Positions 29,419 through 38,837 of a DNA stretch of 64,000 bases are shown here, piece after piece. A model generated the notes under the pieces. The model was not told the DNA's origin and did not search any database. It saw only the letters and a list, made by a program, of their open reading frames with translations. Position 1 is the stretch's first letter, and each line of letters opens with the position of its first letter. Source of the stretch: Myxococcota bacterium (GTDB lineage Bacteria; Myxococcota_A; SURF-8); NCBI GenBank assembly GCA_963674735.2, contig CAXXQS010000002.1, positions 1,600,001 to 1,664,000 on the forward strand. The letters are read 5' to 3'. Both the position numbers and the translations under genes were made by a program.

Positions 29419-30377
29419 GGTCCGTCCGTCGTGTCGCTTCGATCTGGGTTGTGATGCTTGTGGGACTGCTGCTGGTGGTCCCGGCTCTGGCCTCCCCCAA
29501 AACCGCAAAGCCGAAAAAAGAAGTAAAATCAGAGCGCTTTATGGACTTGTCGGCGGACGAAGTCGACGAAATCCTGGAGGCGGCCAGTCATTTGCCGCCT
29601 CATGATCGTCTGGAACGGCTTTCGCGCCATTTTCTCGGAACGCCGTATGTCGTCGGTCCTCTGGGAGAAGGCCCCGGGCATGCGAAAGATCCCGATCCGC
29701 TGTTTCGACTCGACCAGGTCGACTGCCTGACGCTTTTGGAAAGTCTGTGGGGAATGATGCAGGCCACCACGCTTGACGAAACGATGAAACGAGCACAGGC
29801 CGTCCGCTATCGCAACGGCATTGTTTCGTACATAATGCGCAATCATTTCATCTGGTTGCAGTGGTTGCCGCGCAATGAGGCGGCCGGTTATATGGTCGAC
29901 GTTACCCGGCAGATTGGTGGAGAAGCCACCCTGCGCCAGACAAAAATCCTGAAATCGGCGGCCCAATGCGGCGGACAATGGAAAACGTTTTGCGCGGAGT
30001 TGGCCGAAGAGTTGCCCCGTGAAGCGGTTCAGCGTGACATAATTCCGCTGGATTGGACGTTAACTCACTGGCGAGACATTCCACATGGGGTCTTCGCTTT
30101 TTTCGTCTTAAACGAGCGCTCCTGGCTTCCTTATCGTATCAAGCATGCCGGTTTGATCCTGCACGACGCGAAAGGTCGCCCTTTTCTGCGGCATGCCAGC
30201 ACGGTTCACCGGCGGGTGCTGGACGTTCCTTTGTTGCGCTATCTGAAGATGTTGAAGACCAAGAGTGTCAAGTGGCCCGCTACCGGTTTGATTCTGCTGC
30301 GGCCGGTCGCGGATGTTCCGCTGGTTGAAACCGTTCCGTCAGTCGAGCAGGTCGAAGAGCTTCCAGCGTCCCCGTAA
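29415..30377 (+). CDS. DUF1460-family NlpC/P60-like peptidoglycan amidase
   Basis: FLGTPY...LGEG, catalytic VDCLT, RNHF, HAGL, HAS motifs; signal peptide. Confidence 0.82.
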   Translation: MRSVRRVASIWVVMLVGLLLVVPALASPKTAKPKKEVKSERFMDLSADEVDEILEAASHLPPHDRLERLSRHFLGTPYVVGPLGEGPGHAKDPDPLFRLDQVDCLTLLESLWGMMQATTLDETMKRAQAVRYRNGIVSYIMRNHFIWLQWLPRNEAAGYMVDVTRQIGGEATLRQTKILKSAAQCGGQWKTFCAELAEELPREAVQRDIIPLDWTLTHWRDIPHGVFAFFVLNERSWLPYRIKHAGLILHDAKGRPFLRHASTVHRRVLDVPLLRYLKMLKTKSVKWPATGLILLRPVADVPLVETVPSVEQVEELPASP

Positions 30378-30926
30378 GCGAATCAACTCCTTGATGCCGA
30401 AAGATTTTTCAACGCCGTTGCGTTTGTAGACGAGTGTCGATTCGCTGAGGCGTTCGAGATCGCGGATGGCGCGCTGCTCGCCTTGGGCGATGGGTTTGTA
30501 AAGTCCCGGATCGAAGCGGACGAATTCGGCCCCGTCCCAGTCACGCCGCCGTCTCGCTTCGGTGAAATCGCCCGCTAGATTGTTTTCACGGGTTGTGACG
30601 ATTTCCTCCACTCCCGCCTCCGGGTTGGTATCGTCTTCATTGACGAGGTCGAAGCCCCAGGTCAGATCGCCGGATAGCGGCCAGGCCCCCATGTAGTAAC
30701 GCTCCTGATCGGCGACCAGGGCATCGAAGATACGTCGAACCACAACCTCCGCCCGCTCGACGGTTTCGGCTTCTTCCGGGAAACGGCAGATCCGGTCGAC
30801 GCAGACGCGTTCACCCTGGCAATCGGTATCGCGACGGCAGCCGCCCGCATCGGGGGCGTTTTCCACCTGACAACTCGTGCAGGCAATCAGCAGGGCCAGA
30901 ACGATGAGAATCAATCCGTTACGCAT
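30339..30926 (-). CDS. Lipoprotein with short Cys-rich module
   Basis: Lipobox-like LIAC/TSC; CRRDTDCQGERVCVDRIC; overlaps ligase stop. Confidence 0.65.
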   Translation of the reverse strand: MRNGLILIVLALLIACTSCQVENAPDAGGCRRDTDCQGERVCVDRICRFPEEAETVERAEVVVRRIFDALVADQERYYMGAWPLSGDLTWGFDLVNEDDTNPEAGVEEIVTTRENNLAGDFTEARRRRDWDGAEFVRFDPGLYKPIAQGEQRAIRDLERLSESTLVYKRNGVEKSFGIKELIRLRGRWKLFDLLD

Positions 30927-32619
30927 CGGACGCCTTTTCGTCGGCTTGCTTGCTCATCTCTTCGTCTTTCAACATGCGGCGCAAGACTTTGCCGATCATG
31001 GATTTAGGGAGTTCTTCCCGGATTTCAACGGTTTTCGGAACCATGTAAGGCGATAGCTTTTCTTTGCAAAAGGCGATAATCTCGGCTTCCGTCGGGGTTT
31101 CGCCCTCTTTCGCAACGATGTAGGCTTTAATATACTCGCCTTTGGTCGGATGGGGCAAGCCCACCGCCACGGCGTCGGCCACTTTCGGATGTTCGTGCAG
31201 CACCTCATCGATTTCACGCGGAAAAACGTTGAAGCCCGAGACGATGATCAGATCTTTCTTGCGATCGACCACCGAGAGGTAGCCCTCGGCATCGCGGGTA
31301 CAGATGTCGCCGGTGTAAAGCCAACCATCGCGGATGGTCGCGGCGCTTTCTTCGGGACGATTGTGGTAGCCCATCATCAGACAGGGGCCTTTCAGAAGCA
31401 GTTCGCCCGCTTCGCCGACGGCCACCTCCTGTGTCCCGGTTTCCAGATCGACGATTTTTGCGTCGATATCGGGGAAGGGAATGCCCACCGTGCCGGGTTT
31501 GCGCACGCCATGCAGGGGATTGCAGCAGATGGCGGTGACGATCTCCGTCAACCCGTAACCTTCGATGATGGGTGCTTTGGCTTTTTCCTCGAACTCGCGC
31601 ATGACTTCCAAGGGGATGGGAGCCGCGCCGCAGAACATGCCGCGCAGCGAGGTGATATCGTAGTGGTCGAAATCGGGGAAATCCTTCAATGCGATAAACA
31701 TGGTGGGGACGCCCGCGAAGAACGTGGCTTTCGATTTCTGCACCGTTTTCAACAGGAGCCTGGCGTTGAAGTTGGGCAGCATGATGACGCGTCCGCCCAG
31801 GCTCAGCGGCGTGTTGAGGCCGACCGACAGCCCGAAACCGTGGAAGGCCGGAAGCACCAGTAAAAAGGCGTCATCGTGCTGTATGTCGCCCCAACTGCGA
31901 ATCATCATGGCGTTGACGACCAGCGCTCGGTGTGAAAGCATAATGCCTTTGGAAACGCCCGTGGTTCCGCCGGAATAGATCAACACCGCCAGATCGTCGG
32001 GAGAGGCGGTGGTTTCGCGCCAATCGGGCAGGTTAGCGGAACTCTGCAGCAGGTCTTTCAAAAAGAATGTGCGGGCGTCTTTCTCGATTTCCACTTTGGG
32101 GGCGGTTTTGCGTGTAACGATGGGGAACAGCCAACTGACCGGGAAAGACATTTCGTCCGTCAGTCGGGTGTAGATGATGCGCTTGAGGTCCACCTCCCGC
32201 TTGATGTTGTTGACCCGCTGGGAGAAGAGATCGAGACAGATGAGGGTGTCGGCTCCGCTGTCGTTGAACTTGAAGATCAGTTCCCGCTCGACGTTGAGCG
32301 GATTCGCCATTACCGCCACCGCGCCCAGCCGCATCAATGCCAGATAGGCAATGACGAATTGCGGGCAGTTGGGCATCAGCAGGATGGCGCGGTCGCCCGG
32401 ACGCACACCCATTTCATACAGGGCGGCGGCGAAGCGGCGCGCTTTCGTGAACAACTCGTCGTAGGTGGTTTCGCGCCCGAAAAACTCCAAGGCCACATGA
32501 TTCGGCTCTTTAAGTGCGGCCCGTTCCAAAAATTCCCAGACGGTGATGTTGGGGTAGTCCAGTGAACGGGGGACGAACTTGTCGTAAAGATTCTGCCAGG
32601 GCCGGGAAAAGTCTCCCAT
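30919..32619 (-). CDS. Long-chain-fatty-acid--CoA ligase (FadD-like)
   Basis: YSGGTTGVSKG, EGYGLTE, GWLYTGD, DRKKDLII, LPKSMIGK. Confidence 0.92.
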   Translation of the reverse strand: MGDFSRPWQNLYDKFVPRSLDYPNITVWEFLERAALKEPNHVALEFFGRETTYDELFTKARRFAAALYEMGVRPGDRAILLMPNCPQFVIAYLALMRLGAVAVMANPLNVERELIFKFNDSGADTLICLDLFSQRVNNIKREVDLKRIIYTRLTDEMSFPVSWLFPIVTRKTAPKVEIEKDARTFFLKDLLQSSANLPDWRETTASPDDLAVLIYSGGTTGVSKGIMLSHRALVVNAMMIRSWGDIQHDDAFLLVLPAFHGFGLSVGLNTPLSLGGRVIMLPNFNARLLLKTVQKSKATFFAGVPTMFIALKDFPDFDHYDITSLRGMFCGAAPIPLEVMREFEEKAKAPIIEGYGLTEIVTAICCNPLHGVRKPGTVGIPFPDIDAKIVDLETGTQEVAVGEAGELLLKGPCLMMGYHNRPEESAATIRDGWLYTGDICTRDAEGYLSVVDRKKDLIIVSGFNVFPREIDEVLHEHPKVADAVAVGLPHPTKGEYIKAYIVAKEGETPTEAEIIAFCKEKLSPYMVPKTVEIREELPKSMIGKVLRRMLKDEEMSKQADEKASDA

Positions 32620-32738
32620 CGGCACCTCCTGAAAGAAGGATCGAATGTTAACCGGTTTCGGATCGGCACGTCCGTTCGTTTATAGCGGGAAAAACCGGCC
32701 ATGCCAAGCGAAAGGAGAGGTCTTTTTAGAGGCAGTCT

Positions 32739-34046
32739 TTAGTGAATCGGCTTGGGAGTGGCGACGCGGATGCCGTTTTGGGCGGCCAGCCGGGCGGCGT
32801 TGCGCGGATCGTAAACGCCGTCGCTGGTGGCGATGGACCAATCACTGATTTCATTGGCCGAGAAGACGATCACGTCGCCTTTTGTCATCGACGGGACGGC
32901 GAACGGCTCGTTGATCAGTTTGGCCTGAATCCCGTCGGAACCGAGGCTGAGCACCTCGAACCAGAGATGTTCGCTACCGGCCGCCGTTTGGGTGGTGGTG
33001 AAGGCCGTTTTGACCATGAAGGTCCACGCTTCGGGGTCTTGCTGCCGCCAGAGCGCCAGAAAGAGCGGCCAGCGATAACGGGCCTGATGAGCCATGCGGG
33101 CGGTATCGGTTTCGGTGTAATAGACCAGATCCACCCGTTCCAGTTCAGCCAGAAAACCGTCCAACCGGAAACCGGGGCGGCGTGTCGGGAGAAAGGAAAA
33201 AGCGCCGTTCTCGGCGGGAGGCGGCAAGGCCAGCACGACCCGTTCGCTCAGATGATCATCGTCGCGGTCGCGTTGTGCTCCGATGGCATCCGGATGAATG
33301 GCCGCCATCGCTACATCCAGGTTAGCCAGTTCGATTTTGAGCCCCGGAGCGATGGTCAAGGTGTCGCCGACCTCGATTTCGCCGTCCAGCAGACGATCCG
33401 CGATAAGCGCGATGACTTGTGTCGCCGTGGTGCGGTGAATAGCCCAAACATCCACCGCTTCGATGTCGGGGATTCCGGTGCGGGCGAGTCCATGCGTGTG
33501 CAGCCACAGACGATCGGCGTCGTCTTCGTCGTAGACGGCGTGCATGGAAATCATTTCGTGGGCCGAGGGGGCGGCGGGAATTTCCACGATGCTTTCCGCC
33601 ACGGCCTTGGAGACGGCATGCATGGCGTTGTCGTCGTAAATAAACGGCGCGGTGCGGCCCAGTGTCAGGGCGAGTTCCAATTCCAGGCGCCATTGGTCGC
33701 GTGGATTGTCTTGGTTGAAGGTGGTTTCAATGATGAGACCGAACGAGCATTCATCGTAGCGGTCGCGTTCTTCGTCCAGGATATCGGTGCTCGACCACCA
33801 GGCTTCCTCGGGCAGGTCGTCCAATTCTTCGGGCCAGATGTAGACGGGAGAAGGAAGGCCGGGCAGTTTGAGCGCCAACATCCAGGAAACGTTGGCCGGG
33901 ACATCCTCCTGCCATTCATCCAAGGGAATTTGCCTTAAATCCGGATAGGCGATTTCCAGTTTGCGGCGCACCACGATTTCCGTCGGTGCGTCATCGCCTG
34001 GAATCGGGACGATCATCATGCTGGGAATCCACCTGGCCACGAACAA
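32739..34046 (-). CDS. DUF4026/DUF2314-like hypothetical protein
   Basis: WLHTHGLARTG, C-terminal EHLWFEV...LINEP...ISDW; start codon uncertain. Confidence 0.6.
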   Translation of the reverse strand: MFVARWIPSMMIVPIPGDDAPTEIVVRRKLEIAYPDLRQIPLDEWQEDVPANVSWMLALKLPGLPSPVYIWPEELDDLPEEAWWSSTDILDEERDRYDECSFGLIIETTFNQDNPRDQWRLELELALTLGRTAPFIYDDNAMHAVSKAVAESIVEIPAAPSAHEMISMHAVYDEDDADRLWLHTHGLARTGIPDIEAVDVWAIHRTTATQVIALIADRLLDGEIEVGDTLTIAPGLKIELANLDVAMAAIHPDAIGAQRDRDDDHLSERVVLALPPPAENGAFSFLPTRRPGFRLDGFLAELERVDLVYYTETDTARMAHQARYRWPLFLALWRQQDPEAWTFMVKTAFTTTQTAAGSEHLWFEVLSLGSDGIQAKLINEPFAVPSMTKGDVIVFSANEISDWSIATSDGVYDPRNAARLAAQNGIRVATPKPIH

Positions 34047-34145
34047 CCTCGTAAATATGCCATCCGCGATGTTGCGGTCCGGCTAGTTTAATCCGCTTCA
34101 CCGGAAAACGCAAAAAGCGGCCTTTTAAAACGAGTTTTGCTTGTT

Positions 34146-35372
34146 TTATCGAGATCTTCGCCCGATCTGTTCGTGGATCAATTCACCCAGAATACTGATA
34201 GCTTCACGGATCACGGTGTCATCGGCCTGGGAGTAGGAGAGCCGGAAGGTGTGGCGACCGCCGCCGTCGATGAAGAAAGCCCGCCCGGCCACGAATACCA
34301 CTCCGTGTTTGATCGCGGCTTTAAGCAGGTCATCGGCGTCCAGGTGTTCGGGCAGATGCGCAAAGACGAAGAAACCTCCCTGGGGGCGATTGACGGTGAC
34401 TTCTTTCGGGAAATGCTCATCGATCAAGCCAAGCATGAGATCGCGTTTCTGCTTGTAAAACGCGATGTTGCTCTGGATGCGATTGTCGAAGGAACCGCTC
34501 CGAATGAAGGCGAGCGCCAGATACTGGGCCAGCGAATTGGTGCAACAGTCCACAAACTGCTTGGCGATGACCATCCGCCGGGACAGGTCCGCCTCGGCGG
34601 TCATCCAGGCCACGCGCAGACCGGGGGCGAAGGTTTTGCTCATGGAGTGGATGTGAATGACCCGCTCGCCGCCGTCGAGAGCTCTGAGAGACGGCAAGGA
34701 GTCGCCTTCGAAGCGCAGGTCGCCGTAGGGATCGTCTTCGAAGATCAGGAAATCGAAGCGCTCGGCCAACTTCAGCAAACGCTGTCGCCGGGCAAGCGGC
34801 AGAGTGGTTCCGGTCGGATTCTGGAAGTTGGGGATGACATAGACGCCTTTGAGATGGCGGCCCCGGTCGATCAACCCGGTGGCGGTTTCTTCCAAAATAT
34901 CGATATTCAGGCCGTTTTCGTCCACCGGAACGCCGATTACCTCGCCGCCGCAGGCCGTGATGGCACCCGTGCCGCCGAAATAGGTGGGCAGTCCGGCCAG
35001 CACCACGTCACCGGGTTCGATCAACACACGCGCGGCCAGGTCCATGCCCTGTTGCGAGCCGTGCAGGATGGTCAGTTCATTTGTCGTGCTGGAAAACCCG
35101 TAGTGCGTTTCAGTGCGCTCGGCCAGCAATTCGCGCAGGGCGGGCACTCCTTCGGTGGTGCCGTACTGCAGTGCCCGGTCGGCATGCTGTGTGAGTATTT
35201 CGTTGGCGAATTCAGCGAGTTCCACGTCAGGAAAGACCGCCGGATTGGGCCAGCCGCCCGCCAGGGATTTCATGTCGGGCTGGTCGATCAGTTTACAGAT
35301 TTCGCGGATGGCGGACGGTTGCGCGCCTTGAGCTTTAGCGGTGTAGAGATGGGAAAATCGCGCATCTGACAT
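34146..35372 (-). CDS. PLP-dependent class I/II aminotransferase (LysN/ARO8-like)
   Basis: SAIREI, SLAGGWP, ALQYGTTEG, PNFQNPTG, EDDPYG, SMSKTFAPGLR. Confidence 0.9.
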   Translation of the reverse strand: MSDARFSHLYTAKAQGAQPSAIREICKLIDQPDMKSLAGGWPNPAVFPDVELAEFANEILTQHADRALQYGTTEGVPALRELLAERTETHYGFSSTTNELTILHGSQQGMDLAARVLIEPGDVVLAGLPTYFGGTGAITACGGEVIGVPVDENGLNIDILEETATGLIDRGRHLKGVYVIPNFQNPTGTTLPLARRQRLLKLAERFDFLIFEDDPYGDLRFEGDSLPSLRALDGGERVIHIHSMSKTFAPGLRVAWMTAEADLSRRMVIAKQFVDCCTNSLAQYLALAFIRSGSFDNRIQSNIAFYKQKRDLMLGLIDEHFPKEVTVNRPQGGFFVFAHLPEHLDADDLLKAAIKHGVVFVAGRAFFIDGGGRHTFRLSYSQADDTVIREAISILGELIHEQIGRRSR

Positions 35373-35439
35373 GAGAATCTCCTCTTCGGGTCGGTTTTCA
35401 ACGCGGTCCCGGCGGAAAATCCGCCGGGACGATGCGGGT

Positions 35440-36702
35440 TCAGCGGTGCAGGTTGGCGGCGACGACGATCCCGATTCCGGCCTTCGTGAGGGCATCGGCG
35501 GTCAGGTTGAGTGAATGATGCTTGTCGAGGTAGTTCCGTTGCATGGCCGCCATCAGGTTTTGTTCGAGAATATCCGCCTTCGGGCTGAAATAATCGAGAA
35601 TATCCGATGGATGCTCGCGGGTGACGTCGATTTCGGGCTCGCCGCCTTCGTGTTTGGCCGAAATGTTGGGGACGTCTTTCGCCACTTCCACCAGTTCCGC
35701 GCGGCGGTTGTAAGGCTGGCGGACGATGGATTTGTAGGTTTCGGTGATGTGATGCTCGATGCGCACCACCTTCTCCAGCCCGAGCTGTTTACGCAGCCAG
35801 GACGCCTGGCGGATGGTGTCGTTGTTGACGGAGTTGGACAGGTTGAAGCCGATGAGGCTGGTGGTGCCGTCTTCGCGGGCGAACAGGCGCGCCGTCATGA
35901 GCGTCCACAACACGGAGAAGGGGTTGTCGTTGCCCATGTAAACCGAGATCTTGAACTCGTTGTCCACGCCGAGTTTGTGTAGCAGGTACGCGGCCAGAAT
36001 GGTGCCGGGATTGACATTGAGCACCTGGCGGATGCCGTAAGTGGTGTAATAGTGCAAAAACTCGTCCAGCCACTTGGCCGGGTAGTCATTCGGTTGGCCC
36101 ACCCCGCCGAAATAGCCGGTGATGGTTTCGGGACCGCCCAGATGAACGTTCGAGCCGTCGGTGCCTTTGGTGTCGAGGGTCTCGACGTAACTGGCGCCCA
36201 CGATTTGCATGGCGGCGGCGATGGCCAGCGTGTCGCCGTTGTCTTCCACCTGTTCGGCCATGGTGCGTACGCGAATGTAGCGTCCCGGCATCAATTCGCG
36301 CTTGTCGATGGCCTGCTTGGCCTGGGCGATCAGCCAGGGAAAGTACTGCAAGGCGCTGATTTCCATGGTGACCGCGTTTTCCTGATTGATCGGCTGATCG
36401 GCTGCGACACCCGGAAGCGTGTCGCGGTAATCGGCCATGGAAATAAACGCGTTTTTCTCGCGCTGCTCCATCAGCCAGTCCAGGTCGGCTCGATAGGAAC
36501 TGCCGCTGGCCTTGAGGCGATCCAGCAGATTGTCGAGTTGGCGTGCCTCGGCGGCTTTTTGGTTGATAACCTCGGGCCCGCCGTGTTTTTCGACGACGTC
36601 GAGCAGGGCGGCGGTGACCGGATTGTCAGGGTTCATGATCAGCGCGTTGATTTCGTCCACGCGCTCGGGGCTGATGGTCAGAAGATGGCGGTAGTCGGTC
36701 AT
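35440..36702 (-). CDS. Enzyme-like protein of unknown function (420 aa)
   Basis: Long ORF with host codon bias and RBS; soluble; Gly/Asp/His-rich motifs ETLDTKGTDGSN, TGYFGGVGQPN, EHHITE, KHEGG; between panB and aminotransferase. Confidence 0.8.
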   Translation of the reverse strand: MTDYRHLLTISPERVDEINALIMNPDNPVTAALLDVVEKHGGPEVINQKAAEARQLDNLLDRLKASGSSYRADLDWLMEQREKNAFISMADYRDTLPGVAADQPINQENAVTMEISALQYFPWLIAQAKQAIDKRELMPGRYIRVRTMAEQVEDNGDTLAIAAAMQIVGASYVETLDTKGTDGSNVHLGGPETITGYFGGVGQPNDYPAKWLDEFLHYYTTYGIRQVLNVNPGTILAAYLLHKLGVDNEFKISVYMGNDNPFSVLWTLMTARLFAREDGTTSLIGFNLSNSVNNDTIRQASWLRKQLGLEKVVRIEHHITETYKSIVRQPYNRRAELVEVAKDVPNISAKHEGGEPEIDVTREHPSDILDYFSPKADILEQNLMAAMQRNYLDKHHSLNLTADALTKAGIGIVVAANLHR

Positions 36703-36717
36703 GGCGGTGGCTCCTTG

Positions 36718-37572
36718 CTAATCGTATTCTTTGATGAGTTTCTCGAACTTGGGTTGTTCGCCTTCGATCATGTGATAGCAATGCTCGTCCGCCGGGAAGC
36801 TTCCGGCTTTCACCTCTTCGGTATAGCTGCGCATGGCTGTCGTGATCATTTCCGCTACATTGCCGTATTTCTTGACGAATTTCGGCGTAAAGGCCTGGAA
36901 CTGGCCGATCAGGTCGGACACGATCAACAACTGGCCGTCGCAGGTGGGACCGGCACCGATGCTGAGCACGGGGATGTTGAGCTTATTGGTAATGAAACCC
37001 GCGACTTCGGGGGGGACCGCCTCAAGCAGCAACATCTGGATACCCGCCTGTTCCAAGGCCAGGGCGTCTTCGATGACCAGCTTGGCCGACTCCACCGTGC
37101 GACCCTGAGCTTTATGTCCGCCGAGCTGTCCGGAACTCTGCGGCGTGAGACCGATGTGGCCCATCACCACGATTCCGGCATCGAGAATGGCTTCCACCTG
37201 CGGCAGAATGCGCTGACCGCCTTCGAGCTTGATGGCATCGCAACCGGCTTCTTTGAGGAAGCGTCCGGCGTTCTCGACTGCCTTTTCGATCGAACTTTGA
37301 TAGCTCATGAACGGCATATCGCCGACCACGAAGGTGTTGGGTGCACCGCGCCGGACCGCTTCGGCGTGGTAAATCATCTGGTCCATGACGACCGGAATGG
37401 TGCCGGGATAGCCGTACACGCACATGCCGAGCGAGTCGCCGACCAGAAGCATGTCCAAGCCCGCTTCTTCGGCGAACTGGGCGGTGGGATAGTCGTAAGA
37501 GGTCAGGAAGGTGATTTTCCGGCCTTCCGCTTTCATTTTCCTGAAATCATGAATCATTTTCTTTTTCGTCAT
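36718..37572 (-). CDS. panB: 3-methyl-2-oxobutanoate hydroxymethyltransferase
   Basis: LTSYDYP, LLVGDSLGM, VGDMPFMSY, KLEGG, GHIGLTPQ, IGAGPTCDGQ; start overlaps lrp stop (ATGA). Confidence 0.93.
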   Translation of the reverse strand: MTKKKMIHDFRKMKAEGRKITFLTSYDYPTAQFAEEAGLDMLLVGDSLGMCVYGYPGTIPVVMDQMIYHAEAVRRGAPNTFVVGDMPFMSYQSSIEKAVENAGRFLKEAGCDAIKLEGGQRILPQVEAILDAGIVVMGHIGLTPQSSGQLGGHKAQGRTVESAKLVIEDALALEQAGIQMLLLEAVPPEVAGFITNKLNIPVLSIGAGPTCDGQLLIVSDLIGQFQAFTPKFVKKYGNVAEMITTAMRSYTEEVKAGSFPADEHCYHMIEGEQPKFEKLIKEYD

Positions 37573-38090
37573 CGGGCCTCTCCTTTTTCGGGTGGGGTGG
37601 ACGATGTGGAATCGTGACCTGTGGGATCGATCAAGCCGGCCAACGGCCAGCCGTTTTCTTCTTTGACATTGGACAGCACCAGGAAGGTTTCGGCCGTTCC
37701 TATGCCCGGAATGGAAGCGATGCGTTCTTTGACCAGCTTGCCCAGGTGCGTCAGATCGCGCGCCACGACGGCCAGCAGGTAGTCGAAGCGGCCGGTCAGG
37801 TGGTAGCAACTTCGCACGTGGGCGATGGTCTGGACGTCGCGCTCGAAACTTTCAATGAGTTTGTGGTCGTGGCGGTCGAGGGTGACCGAGACGAAGGCCT
37901 GGATGGTGTAGCCCAAAGATTCCGGGTCCAGGATGGCGCGGAAACCCTTGAGAACACCATTCTTTTCGAGTTTCCGCATTCGTTCCAGCATGGTGGACGG
38001 GGCCACGCCCAGTTCACGGGCCAGATCGACGTTGCTGATTCGGGCGTTATCCTGAATGGCTTGAAGTATCCGATGATCCAGCTTATCCAT
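37569..38090 (-). CDS. Lrp/AsnC-family transcriptional regulator
   Basis: MDKLDHRIL..LARELG..ERMRKLE HTH; CYHLTGRFDYLL RAM domain. Confidence 0.93.
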   Translation of the reverse strand: MDKLDHRILQAIQDNARISNVDLARELGVAPSTMLERMRKLEKNGVLKGFRAILDPESLGYTIQAFVSVTLDRHDHKLIESFERDVQTIAHVRSCYHLTGRFDYLLAVVARDLTHLGKLVKERIASIPGIGTAETFLVLSNVKEENGWPLAGLIDPTGHDSTSSTPPEKGEAR

Positions 38091-38270
38091 CAATTTGCCG
38101 AATGTTATTTTGTGTTGAGGAATATTCCCTGCTAATCCTTCGGCTGTCAAGTGTTTCCTACGAAAACGATTCGAATACGAGTCGGATGGCAAAAGAGGTC
38201 GATTTGTCTCCTGTTTAGATCTGTGCTAGCTTAAACGGTGACTCGCCACGGAGACGGGGATGGAGGACCG

Positions 38271-38771
38271 ATGCCCCGCCCACATTTCATTTGCGATGCC
38301 ATGCTGGGACGTTTGGCTACCTGGCTGCGGCTGTTGGGCTACGATTGCGCCTATAGACGGGGTCTTGCCCACCAACACCTGCTGGACTGCGCCGAGCGGG
38401 AGGGACGCATCTTGCTGACTCGCGATACACGGCTTCTCAAGCGGCGGCGTATCCGGCAGCTCACACATTTGTGGGTGATGCACGACGATTTCCGGGACCA
38501 GCTGGTGCAAGTGATCGAGTCTTTCGGACTCGATCGCCATCGGGCCGGGCGGAAATGTCCACGTTGCAATCTTGACCTGGAGGAGGTGAGTCGGGAAGCG
38601 GTCACGCCCGTGATTCCGGCTTTCGTGGCCGCCACCCAGCGTTCGTTTCGCCGATGCCCGGCTTGTCGACGCGTGTTCTGGTCGGCCACCCACCAACGTG
38701 CCATCGAAGCGGAACTGGATCGGATTTTCATGCGCGTAGCAGGAAAAGGCACGGGCGGTACAAACAGTTGA
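38271..38771 (+). CDS. Mut7-C PIN-like RNase domain protein with Zn ribbon
   Basis: CDAMLGRLATWLRLLGYD, RILLTRD, CPRCN, CPACRRVFW..TH. Confidence 0.88.
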   Translation: MPRPHFICDAMLGRLATWLRLLGYDCAYRRGLAHQHLLDCAEREGRILLTRDTRLLKRRRIRQLTHLWVMHDDFRDQLVQVIESFGLDRHRAGRKCPRCNLDLEEVSREAVTPVIPAFVAATQRSFRRCPACRRVFWSATHQRAIEAELDRIFMRVAGKGTGGTNS

Positions 38772-38837
38772 CAGGTTTCCTAGGCCTGGGGCACCTTATG
38801 AAAACCCGGTGCTGGAAACCTGAAAGGACTGCGGAAT

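Noticed and set aside
30339-30377. 39-bp convergent overlap of the DUF1460 and lipoprotein genes
   Set aside because: Short tail-to-tail overlaps are common and show no regulatory signature here
38271-38771. Toxin-antitoxin system around the Mut7-C RNase
   Set aside because: No adjacent antitoxin-like ORF; standalone Mut7-C genes are common
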